Shown: positions 11,926-23,661 of the stretch, one piece after another
Position numbering within the stretch: position 1 is the first letter of the stretch
Layout of the letters: each line of letters begins with the position of its first letter
NCBI RefSeq assembly: GCF_000281045.1
Contig: NW_008246077.1
Span: 509,129 to 573,128 of the forward strand
Source of the DNA: Saprolegnia diclina VS20
Taxonomy: Eukaryota
DNA: 64,000 bases
Reading direction: 5' to 3'
The notes under the pieces: generated by a model
Told to the model about the DNA's origin: nothing
Database searches by the model: none
The model's input: only the letters and a program-made list of their open reading frames with translations
Position numbers and translations under genes: made by a program

Positions 11926-13698
11926 ATGAGCGAGCCAACGGGCGACGACGTCGTAGTCCCCGAAGTTGCCCCAACCGCTGCGAGCCTTGTCCTCGTGCGC
12001 GCGCACCTCGACCGTTGGAACATCTCGTACAGCGCGTCGCTCTCGCTCGATCCGCGCTTCAAGAACATTGTCCACGCGGTGCTCGGAAAACCCACGCCGT
12101 CCACGCCGTGCCCGCTCGCCGTTGTCCATATCAAATTTGCCCTCACCGACGACCTCCGCGACGTTGCGAGCTACGAGATTGAAGGCGAGCGCCATATCTA
12201 CAAGCTCAAGGACCACATCCAGTTCGACGAACGCATCTTGGACCGCATACGTCGCCGCAAGATTGCCATGAAGCAAGCCAACCTCGTCGACGTGAGCGAC
12301 GAGTACACCAACGCGCGCGTCGCGCCGCCCAAGTACGACGACGACGCCAAGCCCGTCAGCGACGACCACAAGGCCGATGACGACAAGACCAAAGACGACG
12401 ACGACGCGCTCGGCAGTATGGAAGACATGGACGCAGTCGAAGCGCGCTTGCGCAAGCTCTTCCGCGAAGGCGACATCAACAACGACGGCCACCTCACGTA
12501 CCTCGAGTTTCGCACGATCCTCAAGAAGATCCAGCGCAACATGCGGTAGCCAATATGCGGTACAATATTGTCTTCTCACAGTGGTCCTAGGAAGGAAGAA
12601 GTCGACTTGCTCTTCACGCAAGCCGACGTCGACGGCAACTGCCGCATCGTGTACGACGAGTTCATTTCGTTCGCGATGGACGTGCTCCGGCGTCTCAGCG
12701 CAGGGCGCAAGTACCAGCACCGGTTTGAGGATCTCAAGGACGATTACAAGGCGCTGCTCTCGGAAGAGCTCGAGCCGACTGTCAAGGCCCTTCGTCAAGC
12801 GTTTGACGCGGCCGACTACGTCCCCCCCAACGCGATGGGTCGCACTCGGGACTTCAGACTCACGTACGACCTCTTCTTCAAGTGCCTCTCGAGCCCGCTC
12901 GCCAACCTCAGCCGCGAAGAGATCAACATGATCATGGCGCTTTCGCCCATGGACGACGACGGCAAGTTCGAGTACGCGGGCTTTGAAAAGGTCCTCTACG
13001 AGGCCATGTACCGCGTCTCACAAGGCCAGAGTCTCGCGCTTGCGACCGACATTGCAGCCTACTTGCGCGGCCAGTTTGACCACGCCCACGAGATCTGGGC
13101 ATCGTCGCTTGACGAAGAGGCGCCGGCCGGACGCCTGCCCCGGCGCGTGCTCTTTGAGAGCCTCCATGGGCTCAAACGGCTCATGCTGAACCGCATTCAA
13201 TGCATCGTCGTGATTGGCCTCGCTGCCCAAGACGAAGTTGACGGCCTCGTCGACTACGAGGCATTTGCAACCCGAGCCGGGCCCAAGATCCGCGAGCTCA
13301 TCCATCCCAACCACGTCTCGCGGCGGCTCCGCATGGCGAGGACGGACGAAGCGACGATCGCGGCCATCTTCTCGGGCGTCGACGACCAAGCAGGGCTCGA
13401 GAGCGTCCTTGTGCGTGCGTTTCAGCGCGAAGACAGCGACCACGACGGCGTCTTGCGCCTCGACGAGTTCCGCGCGGCGATGGAGCACACGACGTTGGAT
13501 CTGAGCAGCGAGCAAGTCGTGTCCATGATGGCGGCCGCCGACGAGAATGGCGACGGCTGCGTCGACTATGCCGAGTTTGTGCAGTTTGCGGTCGTCAATT
13601 TGGTCCAGCTCAAGAAGGAAGCGCGGCTCCTACAGATCAGCGAAGAAGAAGAAGATGACGCAGAGGAGGACAACGACGCCAAGAGCGACGCCAAGTAA
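11926..13698 (+). CDS. Multi-EF-hand calcium-binding protein with N-terminal AKAP28-like domain (2 exons)
   Basis: EF loops DINNDGHLTYLEF, DVDGNCRIVYDEF, DDDGKFEYAGF, DSDHDGVLRLDEF, DENGDGCVDYAEF; intron ~12546-12590. Confidence 0.85.
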
Positions 13699-13755
13699 GC
13701 ACAACGACAGATGCGACTTGGAATTGCATTGAGTGTTGTCCATACGCTTGATGGA

Positions 13756-16525
13756 CTACTCTTTGGTTGGCTGGAGGTACGTCGAGAGTAGCGAGATGCC
13801 TTTGGCTGCGGCCGCCGACCCGAGCAGGGACGAGCTCGAGGTCGAGAGTAGCGACTGGATCGACGACCGGTGTTGCTGGGGGACCTTGGGCGATGGCGGA
13901 CGCACGTGCACGGGTGTCGGGAGGCGCGGGGTTGGTTTCAGCGAAGGCACTGGCAAGAGCGCAAAGCGAGGCGCTGGCGGGGCCACGTCCAAAAGCGGTG
14001 TCTCCCGCGGCAGGACCTTGGCGCCCGAGACGACCGACGACGTTGCGAGCCCCGACAGCAGCAGCCGCGACGTCTGGAACTGTGCGACGACGTTGTCGAC
14101 AAGAGGCGGGCCATAGAGCTCCCAGTCCACAGGGTCGATCCAGTCGTGGACGAGGTCGGTCACGAGCGCTTGGAGCCCCGCGTGCGCGATCGCGTCGCCC
14201 CACCCAAAGCGCGCAAAGTCCGCGTCGCCGATGCAAAGCCGGACAAAGTAGACGTCAAAGATGCTCTGAAGCGCGACCGCTTGGCCAAAGTCGAGCGGTG
14301 GCTTGAGCGGTTTGGCCGCCGCGAGCGACGCGACGCGCGACGCCAGCACATCAAACGTCCACCCGAGCACGTGCGACCGGAGCTGGGCCTTGAGGATCGC
14401 GTCAACGGTTGGTTGCGCGCACCGGGGCATCGAGGCCTGTAGGGTAAAGAGCGCATGCGCAATCGCAGGCGTCTCCGACCACGGAAGCCACATGTGCCCC
14501 AGACCTCCTGCCTCGTCGTCGTCGTCGGTGGGCACGGCCACAGACACCCAGAACGGCCGGTGTACGCGTCGCCAGTCCTATCGACGCCAGGTTTCTGGCA
14601 GCTCCTACGACCAAGTACGTACCTCGTTTGAATAGCCGTAAAACTGATCCCGAAGCGAGGCAACGACGGGATCTGTGGCGTCGGCAACCGCACGCTGGGC
14701 CCAGACCGAGCCCACTTCCTGAGCCAGCACCTCAAACACGCTGTGAACGAGCGTTGCTGGGCCTACATCAATTCATCAGACGACTGCAGTACCATCTTGC
14801 GAGGCAAGGCAACCATGGCGTTGCTGTACATGGCAGAGAAACACGACTTGGGTCAATGTGGCGCTCGAGTCGGGGGGCAGAAGCGCGCCGAGTAGCGGAC
14901 TCGGTGGGAGTTGGTCCAGCGCAAGCGTCTAGTAGGCACGGAATGCGCATCCATCCAGTCCTCACCACTAAGTCCCTATGGGTTGTACCGAAAAGAGACG
15001 GGGCAAGCTCGCAGCGGGCAATCTTTGATCGGTGGCGTGCGTCGCAACGGCCGCGCGGATCGTTGCGACCGACACCGACACCGACGTCGTCCATGTCGAG
15101 GCAAACACCGTCGGCAGCGACGTTTGCAGTGTCAAGCACAGCTCGACGATGGCGATCGTGGCAGCCACGCGCGTCTCGAGAAACGCGACGAGGTCAAAGA
15201 GCAGGCGCAGCATGCCTTCGTGCAACACACCGTGCAAGGACGCGTCGGCTTGCGCGAGCATGGCTGAAAGCGCATTGACAAACGTCAACACGCTCTCGTC
15301 GCTCGGCGCCTGCAAGAGCGCGTGGCGAAACGTGCTGCCCGCGAGGTCCAGCGCGCCCTGGAAGAGGGCCTGTGTCTTTTGAACAAACAGGTCGTCTGCC
15401 ACGAGGGCCCACACCGACATCGGCGTCTTCTCCTCGTCGTTGGTGGTGACGGCCATGGCGTCGCGGAGGAGCGGTAGTGGCACAGTGTACTTGTCGACGC
15501 AGCGTTGGAGTCGAGACTGGACCTTGCCCAGTGTCGTGATGTCCCGACTCGTCTCGAGCAAAGCGGTAATGTGGTGGCGCAGCTAGACAAAGGCAAACCG
15601 TGGGATGGATGAGAGGGTGTATGATGCCGTACCGTTTCAATGGCCGAGCCGAGCCAGCTCGACGCAGCAGTCGCCAGCGCCGCGTCGGTGCTCGCATCCG
15701 CCGCAGGCAGCAAGCGCATCGTCGACGTCGGGTTTAGAAAGAGTGTGTCGAGATGCGAAAGCGTCGAGAGGATAATGTGCAAGAGCCGCAGCACGATCGA
15801 CTGCGGGGCCGACGCGCGGGCTGCTGTCGCCTCGACCGCCTTGGTTCGGCCCGAGAGAAAGGTCGATTGAAGTGCGAGACGACTCTGGGTTGGCGCCATC
15901 TCTTCGAGCGTGCGCAGCGCGTCCGCATAAAAGCTTGCGCGCTGCTTGGGCACGGCCAGACATGCGTGGGCGCATTCCTCGATCCGCTGCCATCTCAAGA
16001 TGAGCGCGATGGTCGATCGAGAGGACGCTATACCTTGGGGAAGTCGAGCATGGCTTGCAGATCGAGGGCAAGGAAGGCCTTCTCATGCAATATGTCGGGT
16101 GAGAGTCGCATCGATGCGGCTTGGACATGATGGTAGGTCGCATACGCTTCGAGAGGCCGTCCGCGCTCCATCGCAGCCCACATGCGCTCCGAGGCCGCGA
16201 CGATGATATGGACATCATCTTCGAGCGGGTCTTCATCCACCGCTACTTGCGCCGAGGCCTCTGTGGGCCGGCGCTCGACGATCGCATCCACGCAGGCCTC
16301 GAGCTGCTTCCAGAGTCGTGGCATGTCGCCAAGGGCGTGCTCGAGGTGCATCGAGGCCTCGTGCATGCTCACGATCTGGTCGGCGGACTCGATGAGGTCG
16401 TGGTAGCGGGAGCCGCCCATGGCCTGCATCTCCTTCTCCTTCGCCTCCTTCTCCCGGCGGGTCGCATCGAGGAGCTTCTGCACCTCGGCGACCGAGAGCT
16501 GCCGCAAGACCGCGTCGACGTGCAT
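13756..16525 (-). CDS. COG1: Conserved oligomeric Golgi complex subunit 1, multi-exon
   Basis: Vps51/COG1 N-terminus LSVAEVQKLLDATRREKEAKEKEMQAMGGSRYHDLIESADQI; C-terminal ALQSIFDVYF and WIDPVDW motifs. Confidence 0.85.
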
Positions 16526-16601
16526 CTTGAAACTGGCGAATTTAATTTCACACCACGTGTGGCATATTCATTTTCGCAGTGTCTTTCAGCCCAAGCCGAG
16601 A
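16526..16601. promoter_or_regulatory. Very short bidirectional promoter between COG1 (-) and the SANT gene (+)
   Basis: Divergent ATGs only 76 bp apart; TCATTTT initiator-like element at ~16568 on +. Confidence 0.5.
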
Positions 16602-18146
16602 ATGATGGCAGACGAGCCGCGCCGTGAGCCGCGCAGCAGTAAGCGCTGCCTGCACGAGCACTCATGCCTCATGCGACTGCCCTGCGCTAGGCATCAGCCT
16701 CCTCCAGCCGCCCAAGGCGAAGCGAGCCATCGTGGACGAGGCGCCATTGGCATCGGCCGAGCACTCGACCGCCCGTCAGCAGTCTCTCGGTACGCATCAC
16801 ACCGCCGCCTATGCATCACCGAGAGCATTGTAGCCCAGCGAGACGCACTCACGAGGTACTTCAACGCAGCGCGTGCATTGTACGTCCAAGGCCCCGTCGA
16901 CCATGTATGGCTATCGCTAGAGAACCCGGTACGACGACCTCCTTGTCTCGTGGCACACAGCATGATGCTGTCTCTCGACGGTCCAATTAGTATGGCTTTG
17001 CGTCCTTCAACACGTCCGACGTGCTGCGGCAGCTCGTGTCGCCGCTCCGGCCAGGCCATGTCTTAGGTACGTTACATCATCGTGTCGTCGTCGCTCAGCC
17101 TAGCGTGGTCGTACAGATGACTGGACGCCCAGCGACATCTACCTCTTTGAAGTCGGCATGCGGCAGTTTGGCAAGCAGTTCCATCTCATCCAGCAGCTCG
17201 TACACACACGTTCGCACCATGGGGCGGCGTCAACCAGCGTGATTAGATCCCGACAAAGGACACGCGGCAAGTCATTGCGTTCTACTACCTCTGGAAAAAG
17301 TCGGGTCTTGCCAAGACCGTATGGATGAAGACGGCGCCAGCCAAAGACCCGTTCGGGATGAAGCTCATGAAGCTCGAGCGTCAAAAGCACGGCATCGTGC
17401 CGACGGCGTACGACCTCCTCAGCGACGGCGACGACGACACGGTCCTTGCCGTCAAGCGTACATTCGGCCGCTCTATACTCGCTTGACCACCACGCCCGTA
17501 GGCCAGTCGCTGCAGCAAGCCACCAAAAAGCGCCGCATCGAGACGGCCGTCGCGCCGCCGATCGTCGTGGCCAAAAGCGTCGAGCACATGCAAGGTCCTT
17601 CTTGCGCTACGACGGCACTTGAGATCTGACGTGGCGACTACAGACGTTCGTGCTGTCGTCACCGAGTACTTTGACGCGGTGCGCAGCTTGTATACGCCGG
17701 CACCCATCGACACGCGGGCGCTTGAAGCGTCGCTCAAGCAGGTAGACCTTCGCGGTAGTAAGTATATCGTCCGAGCTGACCTACGACTAGTGGGGGCTGG
17801 ACGGCACCACGCTCTTGCGACCGACGATCGCGCTCCTCTCCAGCCTTCGCCCCGTCCACGTTCTCGGTACGGTCTACTGCTGCACTTCAGCGGTACAATG
17901 ATCTCGCCGTAGACGCGTGGACGCCCAAGGAACTGAGCATCTTTGAGATCGGTCTCGAGCTCTACGGCAAGCATTTCCACTTTGTCGCGCAGCTTGTACG
18001 TTGCTACGAGGATGGAACAGGTGGGTCTCAGCATGCGACATTAGCTGCCGCGCAAGTCGACGTCCGACTGCATTGCTCTCTACTACATTTGGAAAGCGGC
18101 CAACCCACAGTACGCGACCTTGAAGCGCAAGCGGCCACAGCCATAA
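16602..18146 (+). CDS. Protein with two SANT/Myb domains (ELM2-SANT/MTA-like chromatin regulator), multi-exon
   Basis: WTPSDIYLFEVGMRQFGKQFHLIQQL..IPTKDTRQVIAFYYLWKK and WTPKELSIFEIGLELYGKHFHFVAQL..LPRKSTSDCIALYYIWK. Confidence 0.85.
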
Positions 18147-18190
18147 CGCCGAACACAAACGCGGCGGTGCATGCTCCACCGTGTTGACTG

Positions 18191-21100
18191 TTATCGCTCC
18201 GACGTGACGGGCGCCATCGCGTGGTCGGCGCAGTCGCTGAGTGCGCGCGGTGGGCGCTCGGTCGGATGGAGGTTGCGGTCGCTGTCGCTCTCGGACCGCA
18301 GCAGCGGCTCCGACCCGTTGCGCGCACTGACCGTCTCGGGAATGCCCACAAAGTACCGGTGCATCGCATCGAGGAACCGGCGCTCGTACGCCTCGGGCGG
18401 GATCACGGTCGGCGTCGTGTACATGGTCTTGGCACTCGACTCGACCTTTTTGAGAAAATCGTACTGGTGCAAGTAGTCGATGATGGACGCGCGCAGCTCG
18501 CGCGTGCCATCGTCAAACGAAAGCAGCTACGCCACTCGCATCACGACGTGTATCAAGTTGATACAAACACGTACCAGCGAGTAGTCGATGACGTCAACGC
18601 TGACGAGAAACTCGACGTCGCGCGCAATCGCGTCCGAAAACACGGCGAGCTCGTCCTCCCGGATCGGGACTGGGATCCGGTCCATAAAGTTGCCATCCGG
18701 AAGGACACGGCGCGTCGACGTCGAGTTGGCCGCGTCGTTCGGGTCCAAGTACCGGCGGCGCATGACGCCCTTGAGGTCGTACATTTGCGTGGCTGCGAAG
18801 CCAAAGTTGGAGTTTTCCATGATGATGACGTGGGTCCACTTGGTGCCTTGGGACGGCACGCGCAGCTTGTACGCGCCGAGGATCTTGGCCAAGCACGACG
18901 GCTCGCCATTCTCAAAGCTCTTGCCGAGGTACTTAAAGTAGTCGGGCGCAAAGTCGATAAACATGTTGAACTCGGCGGCGGTGACACCCTTGAGAATGAA
19001 GCGCCGATCATGCGCCTACACAGCACGAGAGAATGACAGCACGCCATGGCACACGTAGAGTACGAGGTTGAAGAAGGCGCCCGACTTGCCACCCGACGTC
19101 GTGAACGCCGCACTCTGGCAAATCGACTCGACGTACGCGCGGTTGCCCGGGCGGCACATCTGCCGGAGCGCATGAAACTGCGTTGCAAAGTAGACCATGC
19201 ACACGATGCTCCGGCCTTCGTCGTCGACGACCGAGTCGCCAAACGCCGAGACGTCCGAGGCCTCGACGGTCGGTTGCTGGAGCACGACGTGGCACTTGAA
19301 GTGGTTGGCCGACGCCGTGTTGAGGATCTGGAGCGCGGTCGCCTTGTTCATGCAGTTGGTCGCCGACAAAAGCTCGTCGGCGACGTTGATGGACCGGCAC
19401 GCACTCTCGAGCTGCTGTACGTACATGGCCGAGAGGAGCGTGTACGCGATGAGCGACCCCATGTCGTCTTCGTGCACCCAGACGATCGTGTTTTGCACGC
19501 CGCTCTCCAAGTGCATGGCGCGGTCGTCAAAGAGCCGGCGCAGCGCCTGCCGCACGTCTTGCTTGTGCTGCTTTTGCGCCGCGGCGACCACATGACCGTT
19601 GTGGCTTGGCGCGAAGTAGTCCTTGAAGTCCTTTTGCTCCTTTGGTGCCGCTCGGTACGATGCCATCGATCGGCTGAGCGTCTCGGTCGAGTCGCTCGAT
19701 GCGCTGCTCGAGAGCCGGTAGAGACTCGAGTTGCTGCCTTGCCCGTCGAGTACGGTCGGTAGCGTGCTGCCACTCGCGGGCGACGCCTCGTCGGGCCGCG
19801 TCCACTGCGTCGGGATCGAGCTCCGGCGCTGCGCCGACGCGGTCCGCTTGGCGTTCACGAGACGCTTCGACGTAGCCGACTGAAACGCAAAGATGCCCTC
19901 AATGACGCGGATGCAGCTCTGGTACAAGTCCTCCTTGACGCGGTTGATCTCGAGAAGACTCTCGGTGGCCTGGAGACTCTGGATACGCAGCTCAAAGCCC
20001 TCAAAGACGTCGGCAGCGTTCGAGCGGAGACGCTACTCGTGCTCATCAGAGCGGTGTCGACATCGTGGCAAATAGTATCGTACCTCGACGTCGGGGGCGA
20101 GGTCTTCGAGGATGAGCTTCCCGTCCGCAACGAGCTTTTTGATACGAAAGTCGTCGAGGCCGCACCCAGACGCCTCGGCAAGATCCAGAAGCATGCTCAT
20201 GACAAACGTTTTGGCCGCGCCAAAGAGCTTTTCGGTGCGTCGGACGAGCGGGACGTAGCACGTCTCGACGTACTTGGTGTGCGGCATCTCGCGCACGGTG
20301 GACGAGACCTTGAGCGAGTAGGGCTGCCACGCCTTGGGTTTGTGCTTCCGGAACGAGCCGTCGACGACACCAGGGAGTGCGTCGTCGCCGTCGCCCATCA
20401 TGAAGGACGACCGGCGGTTGATGATCATGCTGCTGATCGCAGCCATCCAGTCGGCGCGCGTCGGTCCGCTCGGCGCGTTGAGGCGCAGGCGCGTCTTGCC
20501 ATTGAGAATCTCAAACGCAAACTACAAAGAGCACCATTGAAATAGGAAACTCGGACCAATTCACAATCCATCTCTGGACCTGGTGGCGCAAATTGCTCGT
20601 CGGCGGGTACGTGATCGCAAACACCGACGTGTGGCCGTTGATGTAGACTTGTCCGAGCTGGAGAAGCGAATTGAGGTCCTTGAGGTACACGAGCGTGTTG
20701 AAGTCGTTGCGCAAGATGAAGTAGCGCAGCTTCCACGTGTGCGAGTACGACCCGCACTTGCCAAGCCACCCTTCCTACGTCAGGATGAGCAAACGCGGTC
20801 GGAGCCCGTCGGTACCATGACAATGTTGCTCTTGTCGAACGTCATGTTTTGCATGTGATTGATCGGCGTCGACCGGCAGTGCAGTACGTGCGAGAGGCGC
20901 GAGTCCACGCGCAGCGACCGATAATACCGGCCTTCGTCGGTCTCGAACGACGCGCGTGTCGTCGGCGGCTGGCAGGACGCAAGCTTAATGCGCATGCGGA
21001 TCCATCGGCGCCGGCGCACAAAGTCCTGCGGCCGGCGCTTCGCCTTTGTCATGCCCTTGGCCAAGTGCTTGTTCATGGCCGAAATACTCGTGCCATACGT

Positions 21101-21397
21101 CCAGCCGTCGAGGTCGCACGCCGTATAGGTCGTGTCGACAACCCATGGGTGGTTCCAGCGCCAGTAGTGCTTGAGGTCGTCGCCCATGTCGTTCTCGTCG
21201 CTTGGCGAGAAGGTGCTTTGGAACACACAGAAGCGCGAGGTTGGGATGTTGCCGGTCCGGTCGAGCCACCGGCGCGACTCGGCCCGCCACTCGAGCGGGA
21301 ACTTGTACGGGTGGAGCGTCTGCACCTCGAAGACCTCTTCCAGCACCGTCTCCATGCCATGCTCGTCGTCCAGGCTTCGTATCCTCTCGGCCTGCAT
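18191..21397 (-). CDS. Fab1/PIKfyve-type phosphatidylinositol phosphate kinase with N-terminal DysF and PH domains, multi-exon
   Basis: PIPKc motifs TSGGKSGAFF, RFILK, CLAKILGAY, MENS, YDLKG, IDYSL, IIDYLHQYDFLKKVES, PTVIPPEAYERRF; DysF motifs EEVFEVQ..WRWNHPWVVD..DGWTYG..VRRRRWIR; PH motifs EGWLGKCGSYSHTWKLRYFIL..FAFEI..DWMAAI. Confidence 0.85.
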
Positions 21398-21909
21398 GCG
21401 TCCGTCGTGGCCAGCTAATGGTCAATGATGGCGTCACCACGGCCCCGTTACTGCGGCTGCCGAAACTAGGACTTGTCCTACTTTCAGTTTCGGCGGCCGC
21501 GGATTGGTGCGTTTCGGCCAATCATACGCGAGAAGCACCACCTGGACCCTGCTCCAGTCTCTGCCGCTTCCCGGTTGCTTGCCCTTGTATACACGGCGTA
21601 AACAGCTCGTACGATAGCTTGCGTCAACGGCCGCATCGTGTCCTAGGCCGCGTAGGACCTACTGCATCGACTTATCTATAACGCGCTAAAGATGTCCAAA
21701 CCCTGGCGACCGTCGCCGCGTCTTTGGTGAATACGCCATCGCTGCGACTGGCGTTTAACGCGTTTAGCGCGCGTCGAGCATCGCACTTAATCGAGATGCG
21801 AACTTTACCGAAGCTGCAGTTGGTGAAGTTGTGTCTGGATTATACGCGTATCCGGATACGGGCGGGAGGGCAAAATATTCCGCGATCACCCTTTCGTCAA
21901 TCAGCAGCA

Positions 21910-23284
21910 TGAGCAAGCGCGCCGGCCGTGCACGGAGCTTGAGCCCCCAGCGGGAGATGACGGGGCCGTCGCCCAACCCGCGGACGCCGTCGGAGGTCGA
22001 GGGCAACCGGTTCCCGGACTCGCCGCCAGCGACCAAGACGGCGAAAGCGGGCAGTAGCTTCCGTCTCGACGTGCAGGGCAGCTTCCACAACGTCGTCAAG
22101 CTCGTGCAAACGGCGTTCGTCGAGCGGGACGGCGAGATGGCCTCGGGCTGGATGCTCGTTGAGACCGACGCCGGGCAAATCGACGCGCTCGATGCGGCGC
22201 TCGATACGGTGCGCGACGCCTTCCTCTTCTCGACGTCGTTGACCGAGAACAAGCTCGATCTAAGCGCGCAGTCGATCATCTCGCGCTGCGAGAAAGTCGC
22301 CGAGCGCATCGTCGACCAGACCGACATGCGCGACGTCCTTGGCACCAACTGGTCGGACATGAACGTCTTTGCGAACCTCTCCAACAACCTCAAGGAGATC
22401 AAGGGACTCGTCATTACGCCCGTCGTGCGCCGGGACAAGGCGGCCGAGCGCAAGATTGGCAAGCGCATCGATCGCTTCGTCGCCCTCATGACGACGTCGT
22501 TCCAGTCGCTTCGCACCGACATTGCCAACCACCTCGGCGAACTCGACGACATTCTCGCCGAATGCAACGGGCTCCTCGTGGATGTCATTACGTTCCTACA
22601 CATGCGTGGCCGCACCGCTGACTTTAGCGGCACGGGCGTTGCTGCGGGTGCTGCCGGCTTCATTGCCGGTGTCGTCGTACGTCCATTCTCGCCCGCGCTC
22701 TTGTTGTGCTCAAGCCATGTGGTGTAGATTACGACAGCGGCGATGCTCACGGTCCCCGTCTCGGGTGGTCTCAGCGTGCCCTTCCTTGTCGCGGGCAAGA
22801 GTCTCATGGTCTCGGGCGCCGCGACACTTGCGCCATGCGGCCTCATGCTACAGAGTCTCTATTTAGTTCGTGGCAAACAGAAGCTCATGCCTCTCTAGGC
22901 CACGAGAAGCAGCTCAAAGGCCTCACCGACCTCGTCAAGTGCCTCAAGGCGCGGATCGAGATCATGCACGCGCGCCGGGACGTGCTTGTCATGGGCCTCA
23001 ACGCGTGCACGGAAGCCGACTTTAACATTCAGCAAGTCGGACTTTTCTGCCAAGACGCCACGGAGCTCGAACTCTCGTCCTACGTACGTCAATGGCCCGC
23101 CAGCGTCGTCCACTCACATCTTGCGTAGGACAACTCGCTGCCCTTCATGAGCCTCGTCGAGGCCAAGATGATGGTGCTCGAGGAAAGCATGGAAGCGTTT
23201 TCGTCGAGTCCGTCCATCTTTCACTACTGCCATGAAGAGCAAGACGACAGCGGGCTCCTGCTTCCCGACGACGACGCTAAATGA
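21910..23284 (+). CDS. Uncharacterised helical protein with central hydrophobic Gly-rich hairpin (ApoL-like?), 4 exons
   Basis: Coding-like exons joined by GT-AG introns near 22677-22727, 22855-22898 and 23084-23129; stop TGA 23282-23284; start uncertain (21910 or slightly upstream). Confidence 0.7.
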
Positions 23285-23357
23285 GTCTACTTTCGACTAA
23301 TTGAAAAAACTATATTGGAAGCATCTCGGTCGTCACCTTCATTGGATCATACTGACT

Positions 23358-23459
23358 ACGGCGAGTGTGATAGTCGCCAGCTCTGTCCACTTCTAGTCCT
23401 GGGTTCACACGGCCAGTGTGATAGTCGCCAGCTCTGTTCACTTCTAGTCCTGGGTCCAC
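23358..23459. repeat. Tandem direct repeat, 2 x 51 bp
   Basis: ACGG(C/C)(G/C)AGTGTGATAGTCGCCAGCTCTGT(C/T)CACTTCTAGTCCTGGGT(T/C)CAC at 23358 and 23409, three mismatches. Confidence 0.9.
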
Positions 23460-23608
23460 ACGGCCTGAAGCATGACACCGATCTGCTAGTGCATCGGGAA
23501 TTATCCTTTGGGCATCCGCACGTCTACATGTGCTTGGTGAACCACTCGGTTCAGCTGAGATCGCGACAACCATTATGGCTACTGGGTAAATAATGTTTCT
23601 TTGGACAA

Positions 23609-23629
23609 TGGGTGGTGTTTAAAAACACC
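23609..23629 (-). promoter_or_regulatory. Histone mRNA 3' stem-loop on the minus strand (gene itself probably in the gap)
   Basis: Minus strand reads GGTGTT-TTTA-AACACC-ACCCA: 6-bp stem, 4-nt loop, ACCCA tail, same stem as the loop after H3. Confidence 0.8.
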
Positions 23630-23661
23630 AAATTTGTTTGCGCGGATCGAGACACGCGCAG

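Noticed and set aside
23315..23593. 92-aa ORF with a 17-aa repeat, or a CRISPR-like array
   Set aside because: Explained by a simple 2 x 51 bp tandem repeat with no spacers; eukaryotic context, no cas genes, not coding-like.
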